From positions 1 through 57,262 of the IMG/VR virus record IMGVR_UViG_3300030519_000020: a stretch of 57,262 nucleotides of DNA; one strand, 5' to 3'. A program made the translations under genes and the position numbers. The notes under the pieces are model-generated. The model did no database searches, was not told where the DNA came from, and saw nothing but the letters and a program-made list of their open reading frames with translations. Within the stretch, counting starts at the first letter, position 1. The number at the start of each line of letters is the position of its first letter. Of the stretch, positions 57,076 to 57,262 are shown piece by piece. Source of the stretch: a virus. Taxonomy: Duplodnaviria > Caudoviricetes.

Positions 57076-57262
57076 TTACTGACGACGGGGAGCGCCGTGC
57101 TCCTCCATGCAGGCGACGGCAACGGCGGCGATCTGCCGGACTTCAGCCAGCGCCCCTTTGTCTCCGGTTTTGCCCACCCATGCCAGGCGGGCATCCTGGA
57201 CCAGCTTTTCGAGGATGAGGATCCAAGAACCTACCTCATGCGGGTGATCCTCGATCTCGCCC
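57076..57262 (-). CDS. partial MazG-like helical protein (5' part at window positions 36-1)
   Basis: GEIEDHPHEVGSWILIL..ALAEVRQIAAVAVACMEEHG; open to the window edge. Confidence 0.6.
   Translation of the reverse strand, partial: GEIEDHPHEVGSWILILEKLVQDARLAWVGKTGDKGALAEVRQIAAVAVACMEEHGAPRRQ

Noticed and set aside
1-57262. Integrase, ParA partition system, tape measure, host assignment
   Set aside because: No such genes were recognised, and the host cannot be determined from the sequence alone.

Overview
The window looks like an almost complete ~57 kb tailed-phage genome (GC-rich, host unknown), opened inside a small MazG-like gene whose two halves sit at the two ends. It has two arms. A minus-strand early/replication/lysis arm (45.8 kb to end, continuing 1-8.95 kb) encodes a Dam-like MTase, a truncated replication initiator plus DnaC-like loader, SSB, a Rad52/Sak-like annealase, an SLT endolysin cassette, two pentapeptide-repeat proteins and a Cro-like regulator. 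A plus-strand arm (10.1-45.8 kb) encodes TerS, an intein-containing TerL, portal, scaffold, major capsid, adaptor/nozzle, collagen-like fibres and three ejection proteins. There is no tape measure, which fits a podovirus morphotype. I found no integrase, DNA polymerase, RT or CRISPR. The most unusual observations are: (1) a PurD-like ATP-grasp ligase and a GT2-TPR glycosyltransferase embedded in a tail module whose adaptor and nozzle genes appear split into separately encoded halves; (2) a 48-aa basic gene with a strong RBS nested out of frame inside the 1848-aa ejection protein gene; (3) a ~450-nt highly base-paired non-coding region between terL and portal, plus several smaller structured RNA candidates. 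All family assignments come from motif recognition by eye; no searches were run.
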